A stretch of 64,000 nt of DNA, taken from NCBI RefSeq assembly GCF_009914755.1, contig NC_060926.1. The stretch is one strand, 5' to 3'. The DNA is from the human T2T-CHM13v2.0 reference genome, Homo sapiens. Position 1 is the stretch's first letter. The number at the start of each line of letters is the position of its first letter. Both the position numbers and the translations under genes were made by a program. Shown one piece after another: positions 17,860 through 33,909 of this stretch. The notes beneath the pieces were generated by a model. That model ran no database searches and was not told the DNA's origin. It saw only the letters and a list, made by a program, of their open reading frames with translations.

Positions 17860-20296
17860 TTAACTTTGGACATCTGTAATAAATGTAAGTGGACCAAAAT
17901 CTCCAGTTAAAAGACAGAGATTACCAGATTGGATTTAAAAAAAAACCCAACTACATGTTGCCTATATGATACAAAGATAAAGCATAAGAACATTGAAAAG
18001 TTGAAAATAAAAGCATGAAAAAATGATAAGCTAATCAAATTTTATTGAAAGAAAGCTGATGCAGCCAGACTGATAACAGATGAAATAGGCTTTATGGCTA
18101 AAAATTATACTAATGATAAAGAGAGTTACACATATTGCTACAAAATTTATTTCACATGAAGATTTAACAATTCCAGACTTGCAAATACCTACTGACATGC
18201 CTTTAAAAGATGGTAAAAATTAGAATAACAAGAAGAAATCGACTTATCCATCATTATAATGGGAGATTTACAGACCAAGTAGATAGAAAAAAAATTCATA
18301 AAAATATTAATGATTTGAACATCACTAATAATTATTGACTTACATAGAACTTTGCACCAATTAATTTAGGAAAACATTATTTTCAAGCACCCAACATATG
18401 TTTTACAACAACTGACACATGCTAGTACATAAAGCAAGTCTAAATAAAGTTCAAAGAATTGGCATTTATATAAATCACTTTCTCTAATAAAAACAATAAA
18501 GTTAATCAGAAACAACAAAAAATCTATAGGTTTGAAAATTAAAACATATTGTCTAAATAACTCATGTCATAGGTTAAAAGAAAACTGATGGTCTGAGGCT
18601 CTAAACTTTCATGAGGTAAAACAGTGGAACATCTCAATGTTGGGATGAAGGAAGAACCTTTAAGAAAAGAGAACCGAATGTTGAATTTGAAGCTGCATTG
18701 ACTTCTTTAGCATTTTTTGGGTAAAGGCGACCTTAGTGCTCATTTGTCAACCCTGATTGGCTGTGTTTAGGTGACATGCCCACAACTGAACCAATCACAA
18801 TGGATAGAGAGATGGCGGGCCTCTGTCTGGTTAGTATGGGCTAGGTCCCACTTCTGTGGAGATGGAATAGGGGTGGGGGTATTTTGACTCCTAGAAACTC
18901 CAGAACTACATGGGGTCAGAGAAGACGTCTCTTCTGGGAGGAAAGCTAGAGCAAGAAAATCACCCTTCCTCCATAAATGCAATTCTCTGAATGCCCCCAC
19001 CTGGCATAATACAATGACTATATAAATAAAAACTTAAAAACCAATCAGCATCTAGTTGCCAGATCCAGTCCCAGGCCCAGAGCTTCTGGGTGATGTATTC
19101 TCCTTCTTCATTAGGTTTTGAAACAACCTTCTGTGGATTTGGTAGACTATAGCTTTAAAAAAAGTTTAACCGCCGTCACCATCATGTCCAACATAGGGAG
19201 GCCCCAGTGATAGAGGGAAAAGAAACACTGCAATAAAATGTCCCATTTGTATACTGCATGGTCTACAGGGAAGGAATTGGGACAGCCCCAGGCAGGGGAG
19301 TCACTTCCCAGGTCAGCCAACCCAAGTGACCCCAACTGCCTTCCTATTTCAAGGACACCCCCTGTCTAGGGTTTTCCATGGCCACTTCTGAGAAGGACTT
19401 AGGGAAAGACTCCTCATTGGGGTGCTACTTTAATGGCCGCCTCCTCTCAGCATAACTGCAGGGCCTGGGACTTGCCCTTGCATTTGAGCAATCACAGATC
19501 ACCGTTTGCCAAGCTTGGAGTTCTCTGGAAATTTTATTTTCCCACAATCCTACTGGGGAGGTGATCCGTTCGATTTTTTGTTAACTAGTAACTAACTTCA
19601 GAAATCTATTCCTGGTCATGGTTCTTGAACTGAATTTGCCCTTGTAGTTTCTGACACTTAAGGATAAGTACAGCCCCTTTGGCCTTATGCCCAAATTGAG
19701 GGCTTCCTCTGGACTTGAAATGGGAACAAAGCTAATCTGACTTCCGCCTCCAGCCTGTATCCCAGTGCATGGTGAAAAAAGAGAGAATTTATTAGCTCAA
19801 TTTACAGGTAGATCCAGGGATGGCTCCAGCTGAAGGTATAGCTAGATTTTGGGGCCCAAATGATACTGTCAGTGCTCTGTCTTTTATTCTGTCTCTCAGA
19901 TCTGCTTGCCTCCACTTGGCACCAGGCTAAATAAAGTTGTGTTCATATGATGGGGAAGAGAGCTCCTCAAATTCGTACTCATTCAAATTAGCAAGCAGCT
20001 GAGAGAACATTCTCTCCTCATATCAACCTTAGACGATTCTCTGATTGACCCAGCTTGAGTTCTGTGGCCATCCTTGTGGCCAGGTGGGTGGGGCATTTTT
20101 GCCAGCAGTCAGGTACCCACCCCTGTGACAGAGGTAGGGCTGAGCACTCTGATTGGCAGCTCTGTAGGGACCATATGGAGTGGGACAATATGTGTCACAG
20201 GAAGGGATGCCAGGCAGATGAAGACAAGGTTCATTCTGGACAAGCAAGAGAAATGAAGGCCAAATAGTAGGATAAGATGTGGGAAGCAACTCTGCA

Positions 20297-20443
20297 TAAG
20301 TTCCTGAACACTGATTAAAAGGGACCCCCGATACACCCTGAGTTTCCCAACAATGAAAGCCAATAAGTTCCCGAACATTTATTATAAGGGACCCCGATAT
20401 ACTCAGTGACCTAGTGAGTTTCCCAGTGACGAAAGCCAATAAG
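20297..20443. repeat. Diverged two-copy tandem duplication (~67-76 bp unit)
   Basis: taagttcc.gaaca...aagggacccc.gata.ac...tgagtttccca....gaaagccaa occurs twice. Confidence 0.85.
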
Positions 20444-21409
20444 AAAACACAATCAGTCATGTAAGCCAGATGCTGGCTGGGGTCTCCAGGCCCGGGGGAG
20501 GTTCAGAACATGTCTTGAGTTTTCTTCTGTTCCCCTGGGGGCCAAGTTTCTCTGAGCTCTTGATCTTACAAAGGCTACCTCTTTCCACACCACATTGCTC
20601 GCAGGTGTGAAGCTTAGCCTTTTCTTTGACTTCTATGAAAGACTCTACTCACACAAAATAGTGAAGATGTTCACAAAAAGTCAAGGTTGGGGAGATGGAG
20701 GACACTGCCTTTGGCCCTCTGCCACTGGCCTTTACTCCACACACTATCTTATAGGCATCCCTTCCCTTCCTCTCCTGGCTTCTCTGAATTTTCTCTCCAG
20801 CCTCTTAGAGGCCAAATTCCCCACTTTGTCTCAGGCAGAACAGACTATCTCTTTTGAGTTACTTGTAGAAACATCCAGTGCTTTGGCTTCCTACTCCCAC
20901 CACTCACAGCTTATGGAAATGTTTTCCCAAACAAAAGCCATTTACTGCCTAAGAAAAATTCTACTCCCAGCAATTAAAATAATACAGTTTCCTTTTATTA
21001 TGGCACTTTCCTAGGGATGAAGACAATTCCGGTGCTCTTTCGCCCCCGCAATCCTGTGTAAAGGAAACTGAGTCACATCCACCCCAATGTGTCCACCATA
21101 AACCCAATCAGCTGAAACATACAGTGAGGGCCCAACACCCAAGGGCAATGAAAGCAAATGTGATACTTGCAGGGAAGGTCAGAGTTCCAAGAGCACAGGC
21201 GTTGATGGTCTGGTTCCGTCAAAAATCTAAAGGAGGAGATATATTAAATACACTCCAGGCAATCCTCTGTGAATGTCATTTCTCACAGGGTTGAGATTAG
21301 GGTTGACAGCAGCAGTTCAAATCTGAAAGATTCACAAGGTCACAGCACACAGGCATTGACGTTATGGATTACAACAGATCCATAGAGTTTTAAAATTGAC
21401 CAAACGAAA

Positions 21410-21785
21410 GATGAGGCAAATATTATTATAATGTCCATTTCACATTTGAGAAAACTGAGGCTCAGCTTGGTTGAGTACGATCAAGGTCAGAGCCAACGTT
21501 TGCATCCAGTCTGTTTGATGCTGATGCCTCTAACCTTGAAATTTAACTCTTGGTCTCATTTCTGTTAGTTTGAAAGGCAATAGGTATACTGGTTAAGAGC
21601 AGAGGCTCCAGGTTCAAATCCATCCTGGCTTTACTATTTAGTAGCTGAGAGGCCTCGTGTAAGTTACTTAACCACTCTGTTCTTCAGTTTCCTTAGCTGT
21701 AAACTGAGGGTGGCAATAGCACCTGCCCCGCAGGGTTGTTGTGACTATTAAATGAACTTAGAACAGTGTCTGGCATGCAATAGGT
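21410..21785. mobile_element. Two MIR fragments in opposite orientation
   Basis: gagaaaactgaggctcag core (21448) and cttcagtttccttagctgtaaa / cagggttgttgtga core (21680-21745). Confidence 0.7.
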
Positions 21786-23982
21786 ACGCAGTGCACTATT
21801 CTTCTTCCCTAACTAGAGCTTCTTATGTCTGTCCGGTCTTCATCAATAGATCCGTAGGAAGCACCCGCCAGACACTGTGTCCCGCCCCTGCCTTCAAGCT
21901 GCTCTAGCAGAGATGGGAGAGACACAAGTGTCAACAGCCTAACGGCAGTAACCCTATTACGCAAGTTGGAGCAACAGGCTTCAGAGAACAGAGTAGCAAA
22001 CTGCCTAGAGGAGGAGAAGGTACACAGAGCAGTGACATTTGCTCCAGCTCTAGAAGAGTGAGTAATGATTTTCCAGGAGAGCCATGCTATTTAAAAGCAT
22101 GGAGTCCTCAGGAACTGAGAGTGGGGTATGGGTGCATCATGGGCAGCAGGACAGGTGGAGGAGAGCAAAGGGTGTCTGGGGCTGGGGAGGTGATGGCGAG
22201 ATTAGACATGATTTTTACCTGCAGGGAGGGCTCACATTGGTGTTTAAAATGGTTCTGGCCAGCATCACACGGAGGGTGGTTGGTGGGATTAGGGAGACTG
22301 GTTGTTAGGTGCCTGTTGCCTAGAAAGATTTCATTCAGATCTCGTGCCTGGGCACCAGCGTCTCGTGAGAACTCAAATGGGCTGAGTGTCCCAGGCCGAA
22401 GTGAGAAGAGGGAAGGTCCCACCCTGGTGAGGCAAAAGCTCCGGGAAATCTGTGTTCATGAGTTCTCTGCCTGCCTGTTTACCTGTGGGGGTGCAGTGTT
22501 TCGAGAGGGCCTATAGGCTAAGTGAGGTCTGTGGCCTGCATGAAGGAAAGATAAAATCATGTGTCCCTGAGCTCTGGAACAATACTCAAGAGAGTTGGAA
22601 GAAGCATGTGGCCCTTCTGAGGAAACAGTCCACCCAAGAGATGGCCACCATGCAGCTGATAAGGCCAGGGAGTTACCTACATTGCACAAGGGGATGTGTA
22701 CCCAAAGTTCACCTGATGCTGGAGAGACGTTTTCTAACCGCAGACTAGCTAATCTTGGACTGTAGAGCTGCTCTGCTCCCTAGGAAGAAATGTGTTTGTG
22801 AGAACCAGGAAATATGGGCAAGCAAGAGCAGTCAGGTAGTTTTTAGACTCACAATGCACATTAGAGTAGTAAAAGTCCCAAGAACCCCTGCTGTTTGGAA
22901 ATAATCCTGTGTAAAGTTGCTAAGTCAAGGGAAGAAAGGCAGGAAGGAGGAGACAGGGAGGGAGGAAAAGGGGAGGAAAAGGAGAGGGAAACAAGGAGGC
23001 TTCATCCTCAGGAACCTCCTTAAGTGAGCTGCCTCTCTTTATCGTCCTAACCACACCTGCAGCCTGAACTTGGTCAGGGAGCTTCCCTGTCTGCCCTGGC
23101 CTGACAGCATATGTTGATGGCACAGCCTTTGCTACTGTCACCTGGGTTCCTGCCACAGCCTTGCCCTTGCTGAATCTGCCATCCTGATCCGGTGTTTTCT
23201 CTCTGGTTGAGTAACCTGACCCAGCCTCCAGAGTGCCTCTCCACATTGACTGGGGTCCATACCACACCCTCAGATACCCCCACCTTCCTGTCACTCCAGT
23301 CATCCTGCCGGACATCAGTGACCAGTGATGTGCTTACAGAAGAGCCATAGTGGCATCTATGGTCCTAGGTGGCTTAGATCTGGGGAAGGCCTACAGGGCT
23401 GGCTGTGCAAATACAGCTATTTATTGTGAGCAGCTTGCAGCTTCAATGTCTTTTGCTTCTTTCCAAATCACCAAGCACAGAGCAGAGAATGAAGGAATTG
23501 TCTCATGAATGCCATTTGGAATGGCTGTGTTTGCTATAGAGCACTGCCATCCTTTTGCTAGAGTCTCTGCCTCATGTCTAGGGAGATCTCACAGTTGGGG
23601 GTGGGGGGTGACATGAAGCCATTTGAGGGTGGCTATGCTCTGATACCGGAGCTGGTTGGGCCCCCAGGCATGTGAGGAGGAGCCAGGGAAGGGAAAGAAA
23701 GCACCTTCTGCCTGCTTCCTTGCTTCCTCGTTCTCTTCCTGCTCTTTCACAGCCCCGTGGACACCACTTCTGAGTGGCCTCCCTCCTGTTCACAGGCACC
23801 TCTGAGATTTCCTGGCTGACACATCGCATCTCCCTCTGGCCACAGCCAAGCAACACCAGATGTCTGCAGTAGCAGTAACACTTTGGATTCCTGATGGAAA
23901 ACTCCAAGACGAGCCTCTGTGAAATACCTGCTTCATTTTGGCTTCATTTTCATGCCTCATTATCTGACCCATTTACTTCTTA

Positions 23983-24390
<408 letters not shown>

Positions 24391-25671
24391 CTATGAGGCT
24401 CTTGCAAGATTTTCCCCGTTTTTCATGGCTGCCCTCAGAGAATAGAATTGCCACAATTTTAAGGATAAAGAAACAGGCTTGGAGAGGCCAGAGGCTTGCC
24501 CAATACCACACACACAGGGGTGCCTTTGTGTTTCTGGGTCAATGCTGTTTTTCACACAGACTGGACCTCATGGGGGTCAGGAGCAGTGGGACCACCTCGT
24601 GCTCTCTCCGCGCTCATACCTTCTCATGGTGTCAATCTCCCCTTCCCTCCCAGACAGAGCAATGCATGCTTGCCACCTTGATGGTGCAAGCATCACTAGA
24701 TCTGAATTTGAGGTGAGGAAATTCAAGGCAACCACAGTACACGTTGTCCCCCGTCGGACCCAGGGAAAGGCACTTGAGACAGGAGCAGGCCTGTGGTGCT
24801 CTTGGCACAAGGCAAAATGGAGGAACAGGGTGGTGGTGGCAGGGTGCCCTAACCTGGTCTTGGGAGGTTTAAGAAGTTCCTGTTTTGAAGTGTTTCAATA
24901 GCCAGTGAGAGTGAGCCATGGAGAATAAAAATGTACAAGTAAACAGTCGTTCCACTTATACACAGTTAAGGACTTGTGGGAGGGGGGCAAGTTCCAGTTT
25001 TTCAACATAGTTTCTGATTGAAAGTGCCATTGTAACCCTCATTATGGCCACCAGCTTAAATTTGAGGGCTCCCGTTGCCCTGGAATAAACCCCTAGTTTT
25101 CAGACTTCCTGGAGCCACCATCCTTCATCTCTTCTGTTTACTTTTTTCTCTTCTGTTTAAATTGGAGGGCCATTTATGCCCTCCCCTTCTCCTTGCTGAA
25201 GTTGTGTACACAATGACTGGCACAGAGGTGTTTCTACCTGCACAGGCTTATGACATTCTCACAGTCAGCCCATAGATCGGTTTCTTCTCTCAATCTCAGA
25301 GATAAGGAAACTGAGGTCTTAAGTGGTTAAGTCATTTGTCCCAGGTCGCCTGGCAGCAAGTTGTACCCACAGTGCTAGCCAATGTCTCGCTGACATGTGT
25401 GGGCACCACATGGGCCCATCCATGGTCAGGGACTTTTCCTGGCTCTGCCCATAGCATCCTCATTCGTCTTGTTTGCTTATATGTTTCTTACAACTACCTC
25501 ACAGCCTCAACCATGTCTTTAAAATTATTCAATTATTCATAGAGCTGGATTTACAAGTCTAGGTCTCCTTCGTCAGGGGTGGCCTTCTCCGCTCCTCCTC
25601 CTCCTCTCTGGAGGTGGTTTCATCACAGACTGTAAAGGCTCTGTAAAAAATAATCTAGTCCGTCTGCCTGA

Positions 25672-26106
<435 letters not shown>

Positions 26107-27902
26107 TAGGGAATTGTCTTTTCTCTAATCCTAATCCATATGGCTCAGCTGTCAATCACAGTCCTCCTCTATCCCCTGACAACAGAGGAGAGATGTGTGA
26201 CTGAGGCCTGGCCAAGCAAAAGACTCGATCCCTCTGGCCATTGTGATTGGTTCAGGGACAACTTCGTGGTCAAATGATTACAATTTTACCCTCTCCAAGC
26301 GGTGACACAATGAATAGGCTACAGTGGTACCAATGTCAGTTTTCATTTGCCCAGTTATTCCCACAAGATAAATATCTGGACTGTAATTGCCGAGTTATAC
26401 ATATATACATTTTAAATGCTGGTACATTTTGTGAGATTGCCCCACAGATAGGTTGGTGCAAATTTACACCATTCCAGCAATACGTGGGAGTCTGCTTTGC
26501 ACACCCTAGCAACACCTGGTGTTGTCAGTCTTTAACATTTGCCAGTTTGATAAGTGGAGACAGCTGTTGAAACCTGTTCTCGATTCTGGGCCTCCCTTGG
26601 GTCATGTTCCCACATGCCTGTCCCTAATGTTGCCTCCTCGGACCTTATTTCTAAATCTCTTGCCTGCTTCTTTATCCAACTTTATTGGTCTGCTTATAAC
26701 CTGGTGTCACTGTACTAGACTAGAAAGTGGGTCTTTATCATATATATATGCCTTTTCTCTTGAAACTCCTTGCAGGTGCTAAGAACGGTTTTGGAATCTA
26801 ATAATTATTTGTCAGATGAATGAATGGAAACTCCTCTGTGATTCACCCATTTCCTATTCACTGAGTGGTGCCATGTGGTTGGGTCAGTGCGAACCTGGGG
26901 AGATGAATGCCCAAGAACACCAGATTTCAAGAATCCCAATATTGTAATGGTTATATTGGATGCTTAACATGATAATGGAGCATGACTATCCCATTCCAGG
27001 AAATGACACTCCCCATGGGAAGTCCTTGGTTAACCAGTCTTTAGTGATGGTCTGCCATGTCTCTAGTGTGGAGTCAAAGGACCCAGTCCCTGGTCTCAAG
27101 CGACTGAACATCAGTGTGAGAGGCAAAACTAACGAAAGAAGGATTTTGAGTTTAAGTGGCATCTGAATCAGGTGGCATTTATGAAATGTAATCCTTTGGG
27201 AAAAATAGAACATATAGTGGACTGGAAACGCTTGAGAATATTTTCTAAAAGAGGCGATTGTTAAGGGGATTTTTGTGAGGGTTAGTCAGGTGTTCTGGGC
27301 TCTGCCAGTTACATTTTGGGAGTCTGATATCATAGCTGGTGCGGTATGAAGCAATGTTATAAGCCTCTAATTTCCCTTAAATTGAGTTTTTAATCTTTTA
27401 GGTTGTTGGGTTTGGATACCAATGGTCCAAGAGGAAGGTCCTGATTCCTAGTATTTTGGGGAGGAATGTCACAACGTGCTACAAGCTCACCAGGAGGCGA
27501 AACAAATATTTTTGAGTTAGGGGGAAGGGCTACAGTTGTGGGAATTGCTCTCAGGCTTCCCCAGGGTAGTAAAATTCCCAAGCTATTTCAAACCAATGTT
27601 TTTTTCTTCTTTTTAGTGGTGTCAGGACCCCAAGAGGTCACAGTTGCTATTTAATAGAATAGAGCATTCTGGCCCTCTTAACAGGGAATTGTACTCAGAC
27701 TTCGAAAGGTGGATAGAAATTAGATAAAGGAAGGGAAAAGGAAGTTCATTCCAGGCAGGGTGAATGAAGAAGAGCATTTCCATGAGACTTAATAGTTTAT
27801 AAGGTCCCTTGACAAACATAATCTTTTTTATAATTCCAAGTAACCCTGAAGTTATTATTTATTATAATTATTAGCATTTCTGTTTTCATATGGAAAAACT
27901 GA

Positions 27903-28458
<556 letters not shown>

Positions 28459-28594
28459 GAGGAAAAAGAGGCAGAGCCTAGGCAGCAGCCATTGATTGGG
28501 AAAAAAAAAAAAAAGGCAGGGTCAAGCCTCAAATCCATGTCTCTGACCAGGGGTGGTATCCAAAATATTTAACAACTCATATGGCACAGGTACA

Positions 28595-28902
28595 ACACAG
28601 AGACTGCTTAGCTGCTCACCAAACCCATTTCCTCTTCTCCTTGGGTTGACAGCTCTCCAGCCTCCTTACTGTTAGAAGTGATGCATGCCACTTTCAGGCC
28701 AGCCTCTAACTTTCTGGAAGACATGTGTTGCAGTTGACAGAACATAAGAGGGAAGGAACCTGGACCCCAAATCCCCTCTTAGCGGAGATCCACCCACAAA
28801 TCAGGAATACCCATTTTAGACTTTATCTGAAAAACAAGCTGCTTTTATCCTTGAATCACGGTACGTTTTCGTTATGGCAGCCAGCTTTACCATAACTAAT
28901 AC
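28595..28902 (+). mobile_element. MLT1J-like LTR fragment
   Basis: cagagactgcttagctgctcacc start; ggcagccagctttaccataactaataca end. Confidence 0.6.
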
Positions 28903-28987
28903 AGACCCCCACTGTTAGAACCGAGGTGAGCTGGTGCGCGGAAGCAGAAGCCTGGAGACCCCCGCAGTGCCTGCACCACCCTAGGAC

Positions 28988-29470
28988 AGCAGGTCCTGGA
29001 ATAATGTCATTTAGTTCAACGTGGTTTTGTTCTAACACTGATGAGAAAAAAATCGATCCCCAGCCAGGCCACTGTCTGTGTGGAGCCTGCAGGTTCTCCT
29101 CACGTCCCCGTGGGTTTTCTCTGGGTACTCCAGAGTGTGGGTTGTGTGAGTGTGCCCTGAGATGGGCTGGCGTCCTGTCCAGGGCGGGTCCCCACCGGGT
29201 GCCCTGAGCTGCTGCGATGGGCTCTGACACACCCCCACCTTGAATGGAATAAGTTGGTAAATCATTATCTTGCTTGTTTATATTAATCTTTTTAAAATGT
29301 ATGTATAGTTCACATTTATTTCAATGGTTAATATTCGAAGTATTTTGGTCTCTATTTAGAAGTTTAGTGATGTTTTTACAACCGGAAGTAGGCTGTAGGA
29401 ACTTAACTTCTGTTTAATCAATTAGCCTCTGGGAAAATTGGTTTCTTTTTACATCGTTTTCCTTAGACAT
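28988..29470. mobile_element. MER6/MER6A (TcMar-Tigger)
   Basis: cagcaggtcctggaataatgtc...gatgagaaaaaaatcgat...gccactgtctgtgtggag...gtgggttttctctgggtactcc. Confidence 0.85.
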
Positions 29471-30546
29471 TACTGTAATTGGGGAAAGTACATTCTCAGG
29501 CACTTCCAACACCATTAGTCTGAGGATAATCCTTTGAGAATGAGCTGCAGTTGCTGGCTATTACGGGTGGGAGGAGGAGGACAAAAATAATTTTTAAGAA
29601 GGAAGGAGGTCCAAGCTGAGCACCAGCATTGTCCACCAGTGGGACCAGACCGTGGAAGCCTTGAATGGCTAAAGAGGAGCTTGAGCTTAAAACACCCCAC
29701 AAAGCGAGCTCTAGCAGACCCCTGAGTCGGGGTGTTCGGGGATGAACATGAGGGAGCCCCATATCTCATGATCTGGTCACCCCAAGTGAGACAGCTTCCC
29801 CACTTGCACCCAAACACACACACTGAGTGTGTTCTGTCTCTGAACTGTAACAACTTGCTTTCCTGTGTATGTCCATTCAGATCCCCTCACCTCTAAGTGG
29901 CATATTTTAATTTCAGGAATTGTCATGCTCTTCCCTAAGCTTTCCTGCCATCCCAATCAACCAGCTAACACCACAGGATCCAGTCTGATTTTTAATGTCT
30001 GTGACCCCAAGTTCTGGCTGCACATGGAATATACATGGAAAATGGATTAATATTTGTTGACTGCTCACTACGTGCCAGACTTGGTGCAAAGAATTTAAAA
30101 TAGTTCATTAGTCACCTTCTCCATAGTTCCCGTGACATCCCCAAGGCTGTTCTACAATGAATCCCCCTAACCCCCTGGCCATTCCTGAAGGGAGACAAGG
30201 GGCCAGAAATGCTTGGCAGCCCAGTTTTTTTGCCTCAGTTAATATCAATCAGTAAAGCTGTATTGTTTTTACAATTTAAGCCTTCCACATTTCTTATTGG
30301 ACCTATTTGTAGCTGTTTGATCTTTCTGTGTACAGTAAATGGGATTTCTTTTCTGGGATGCTTTGAAATTGGCTATTGCTGGTGTACTGGAAAGTGATTT
30401 TGTATGTTGATTTTTCACTTGGCAACTTTCTATGCTCTCACTTTTAATTCATTTTAAAATTTATTCTCTTTGATTTTCTTAGTAGATAATCATGGAGCTG
30501 ATAATGATAATTTTTTAACAGCTATATTGAAATACAATTCACATAC

Positions 30547-32291
30547 TGTTACGGGATCTATGGAGTGCCGTTTTTCTTGCCAGACACCTCTGTGGCTGGG
30601 GGTGCCTTTGCCCAAGTTTTGCTCAGGCCTGCTGGGCTCGTTCTGCCCACTCGGCCTGGCAACTGCGCTCAGCTCATGCTACCAGCCTGGATCCCACACC
30701 TGCCAAGGGCAAGTCAGGCATGGAGTGGTGAGGGGTGTGTGAGCGAGCATGGGGTCTGGCTACTGAGCAGTCAGACACGCCTGCTGCTGCAGCAGGGTGG
30801 GCAGTTCCAGGTGCCAGTGTGGGCTCTCTGCAAGGCTATGGCTGGACCAGGCACACTACAAGCAGTTTCCACAGCTGGCACCAGGGAACATGTGGTGCCT
30901 GGAAGCTTGGAGATGCCAAGAACCACAGGGCCCCAAAGAGGGAGTCACAGCCCTGGCTTGGGGAGCTCCCAGGTCTGGGCTCCCCGAAGGGCCACAGCTC
31001 TCTCTCCTCTTCACCTGCAACGTGGTGAGCAAGACACATCTCAGCCCTGTTTGTGTTACAGCTGTTTTAGCCCTGCCATTTGATGGGTCCTGGTTCTTGT
31101 CCTGTGACCAGAAAGAATGAGGTACACAGAAAAGTGGAGAGTGAACAAGACAAAGGGGAGCTTTGAGTGATAGAACAGCTCTGAGGAGACCCACGGTCCT
31201 CTCCACAGCCAGGGTGTCCTGACAAGTGTTCAGTTTTTCGCAGAAAGGAGACCCTGGAGTGGGAAGCTTCTCTCTGCAGACAGGTCATCCCATCATCTCT
31301 GCAGCTCTCAGCAGAGAGGAGGCCCTGGAGTGGGTAGCTCCTTTCTGCAGCTGGTCATCCTGATGTCTGCTCAGCTCTGGCTGAGCCCTGGGCTTTTATG
31401 GGCCTCAGAGAGGAGGAAGCACATGCTGATTGGTCCATGGGCAGCCCTGGGCAGGTCCAGAAAAGGCACCACAAGTTCCCACTCTGGTCTGTGGGACTGG
31501 CAGCCTGGCCCCTAGCCAGCCAGCCTTCAGGCCCTCCTTGGCCCAAAGGTGGGGCCACTGGGGACCCACCCCCTTCCACCCAGGAACCTGTCTGCCTCCT
31601 GCTGCCTTTCATGGCATCCAGGCTGTAGTTGCCAAGGGGTGCCTGAAGGCCAGCACTAAGCTGCCCTCAACTCCCACTCAGCTTCCCTCCTATGCTCGTT
31701 GGTGACCAAAGTCTGGAGGGGGCTGAAGCAGCAGGGGACTGGTGTGTCAACACTGTCCCAAGCATGCGCACACCCAGCCTGGCTGAGACATCACCCAGAC
31801 TCGGGCCCAACTTTGCTCCAAGAACGGAGTAGGCACTGACAGCAGAGAGAAGCCAGGCAGTGGGAGCAGGCACTTCTGAGCCTGGGAGGGCCGGGTGTGC
31901 CTTCCTGGGCCCCCAAGGGTGCAGTGATGCCTGGGTCAGCAGTTGCAGTTGGGGCAGCTGCAGCTGTGCCTGGGGAGTGGGACTCCTGCCTGCTCTGTGG
32001 AGCCAGAGGCCCAGGTCTGCAATGACAACTTTAGCAGCTGCAGCTACACCCAGAAGAGTGGGTCTCCTGCCTGCTCCCAACCCCAAGAGTACAGGGATGC
32101 CCAGGTCCACAGCTATGGATTGGGCAGCTGCAACAGCATCCAGGCAGCTCCTGCCCCAACTCAGAAGGAGTGGGTCTCCCACTTGTCCTTAGCTCCTGCT
32201 GGCTCAATAGAGAGTGCAGCCCCAGCCATGCCTCACTGCTGCAGCCAGCGTGATGACAGCAGCTGCTTCAGATGGCCTGCCCCTGCCATCA
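30547..32291 (-). mobile_element. MER52-family (ERV1) long solo LTR, 1745 bp
   Basis: tgttacgggatc...ccctgccatca termini, GC-rich body, 4-bp TSD atac on both sides. Confidence 0.88.
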
Positions 32292-32880
32292 ATACCATAG
32301 GATTCACCCCATTTAAAGGATATAATTTAATGGTTTTTATATATTCAGAGTTGGGCAACCATAACCACAGTCCATTTTACAAGGAATGGCAACTTTTAAA
32401 TTCATAATTTTTCTTCTCCTTTCTCTTTTTATTTCTTATTGAATTGGTTAGGATCACCAGCAGACTATTAAATAAAGTAGTAATGGCGGCAGTGGGCCAT
32501 CTTGTCTTGTTCTTGACTTTTCTGGGAATGTCTAATTTTTTGCCACTGAATAGGAGGTTTGCTACAAGTTTTTGTTAGTTAGCCTTTAGCAAGGAAAGTT
32601 TCCTCCTACCTTTAGATTGCTGAGAATTTTAGATTCTAATTCAGAAATAGGCATACATTTTATCAAATCTATTCATGAAAGCATTTATTGTGATGGGAAT
32701 ATCTTTTCTTCCCTTCATCTAGTCCTGTAGCAAATTATCTTAATAGATTCTCTGCTTAAAGCTATCTTTATATTCTTTGTGTATAATCCTTTTAAAACAC
32801 CACTGGAGTCAAGTTGCTAATAGGTTTATTATTATTATTATTATTGTTGCCTTTAAGTTTTTAGTGAGATTAGCCCATAG

Positions 32881-33297
<417 letters not shown>

Positions 33298-33399
33298 TAA
33301 TATTTTGTGGTGACACAAGGTCATGCTTTTCTCAGAATGCTTTCAGGTAATGACTAAGCTAGAGTGAGGAAGGAACAAGGGCCCAGCCATTTTCCTTGA

Positions 33400-33719
<320 letters not shown>

Positions 33720-33909
33720 TCTAATTTGATTTATAATTTTATTGCATGGCTTCTAGAACTCTGGGGCTTCTTGTTGGCCTGGCAAATACTTGGTCAGATA
33801 TGTATCCTGGTCTGACAGCTTCTCTTACCTAATCCTGAGCCCACCTTTTCTCTTTTGCAGGTGTGACAAACTGTTTGCATTCCTAACTTCAAGTCAACAG
33901 TTGCCTCTC

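Noticed and set aside
20297-20443. Repeat-spacer appearance (CRISPR-like)
   Set aside because: Only two diverged units, the 'spacers' are homologous, and the context is eukaryotic with no cas genes.
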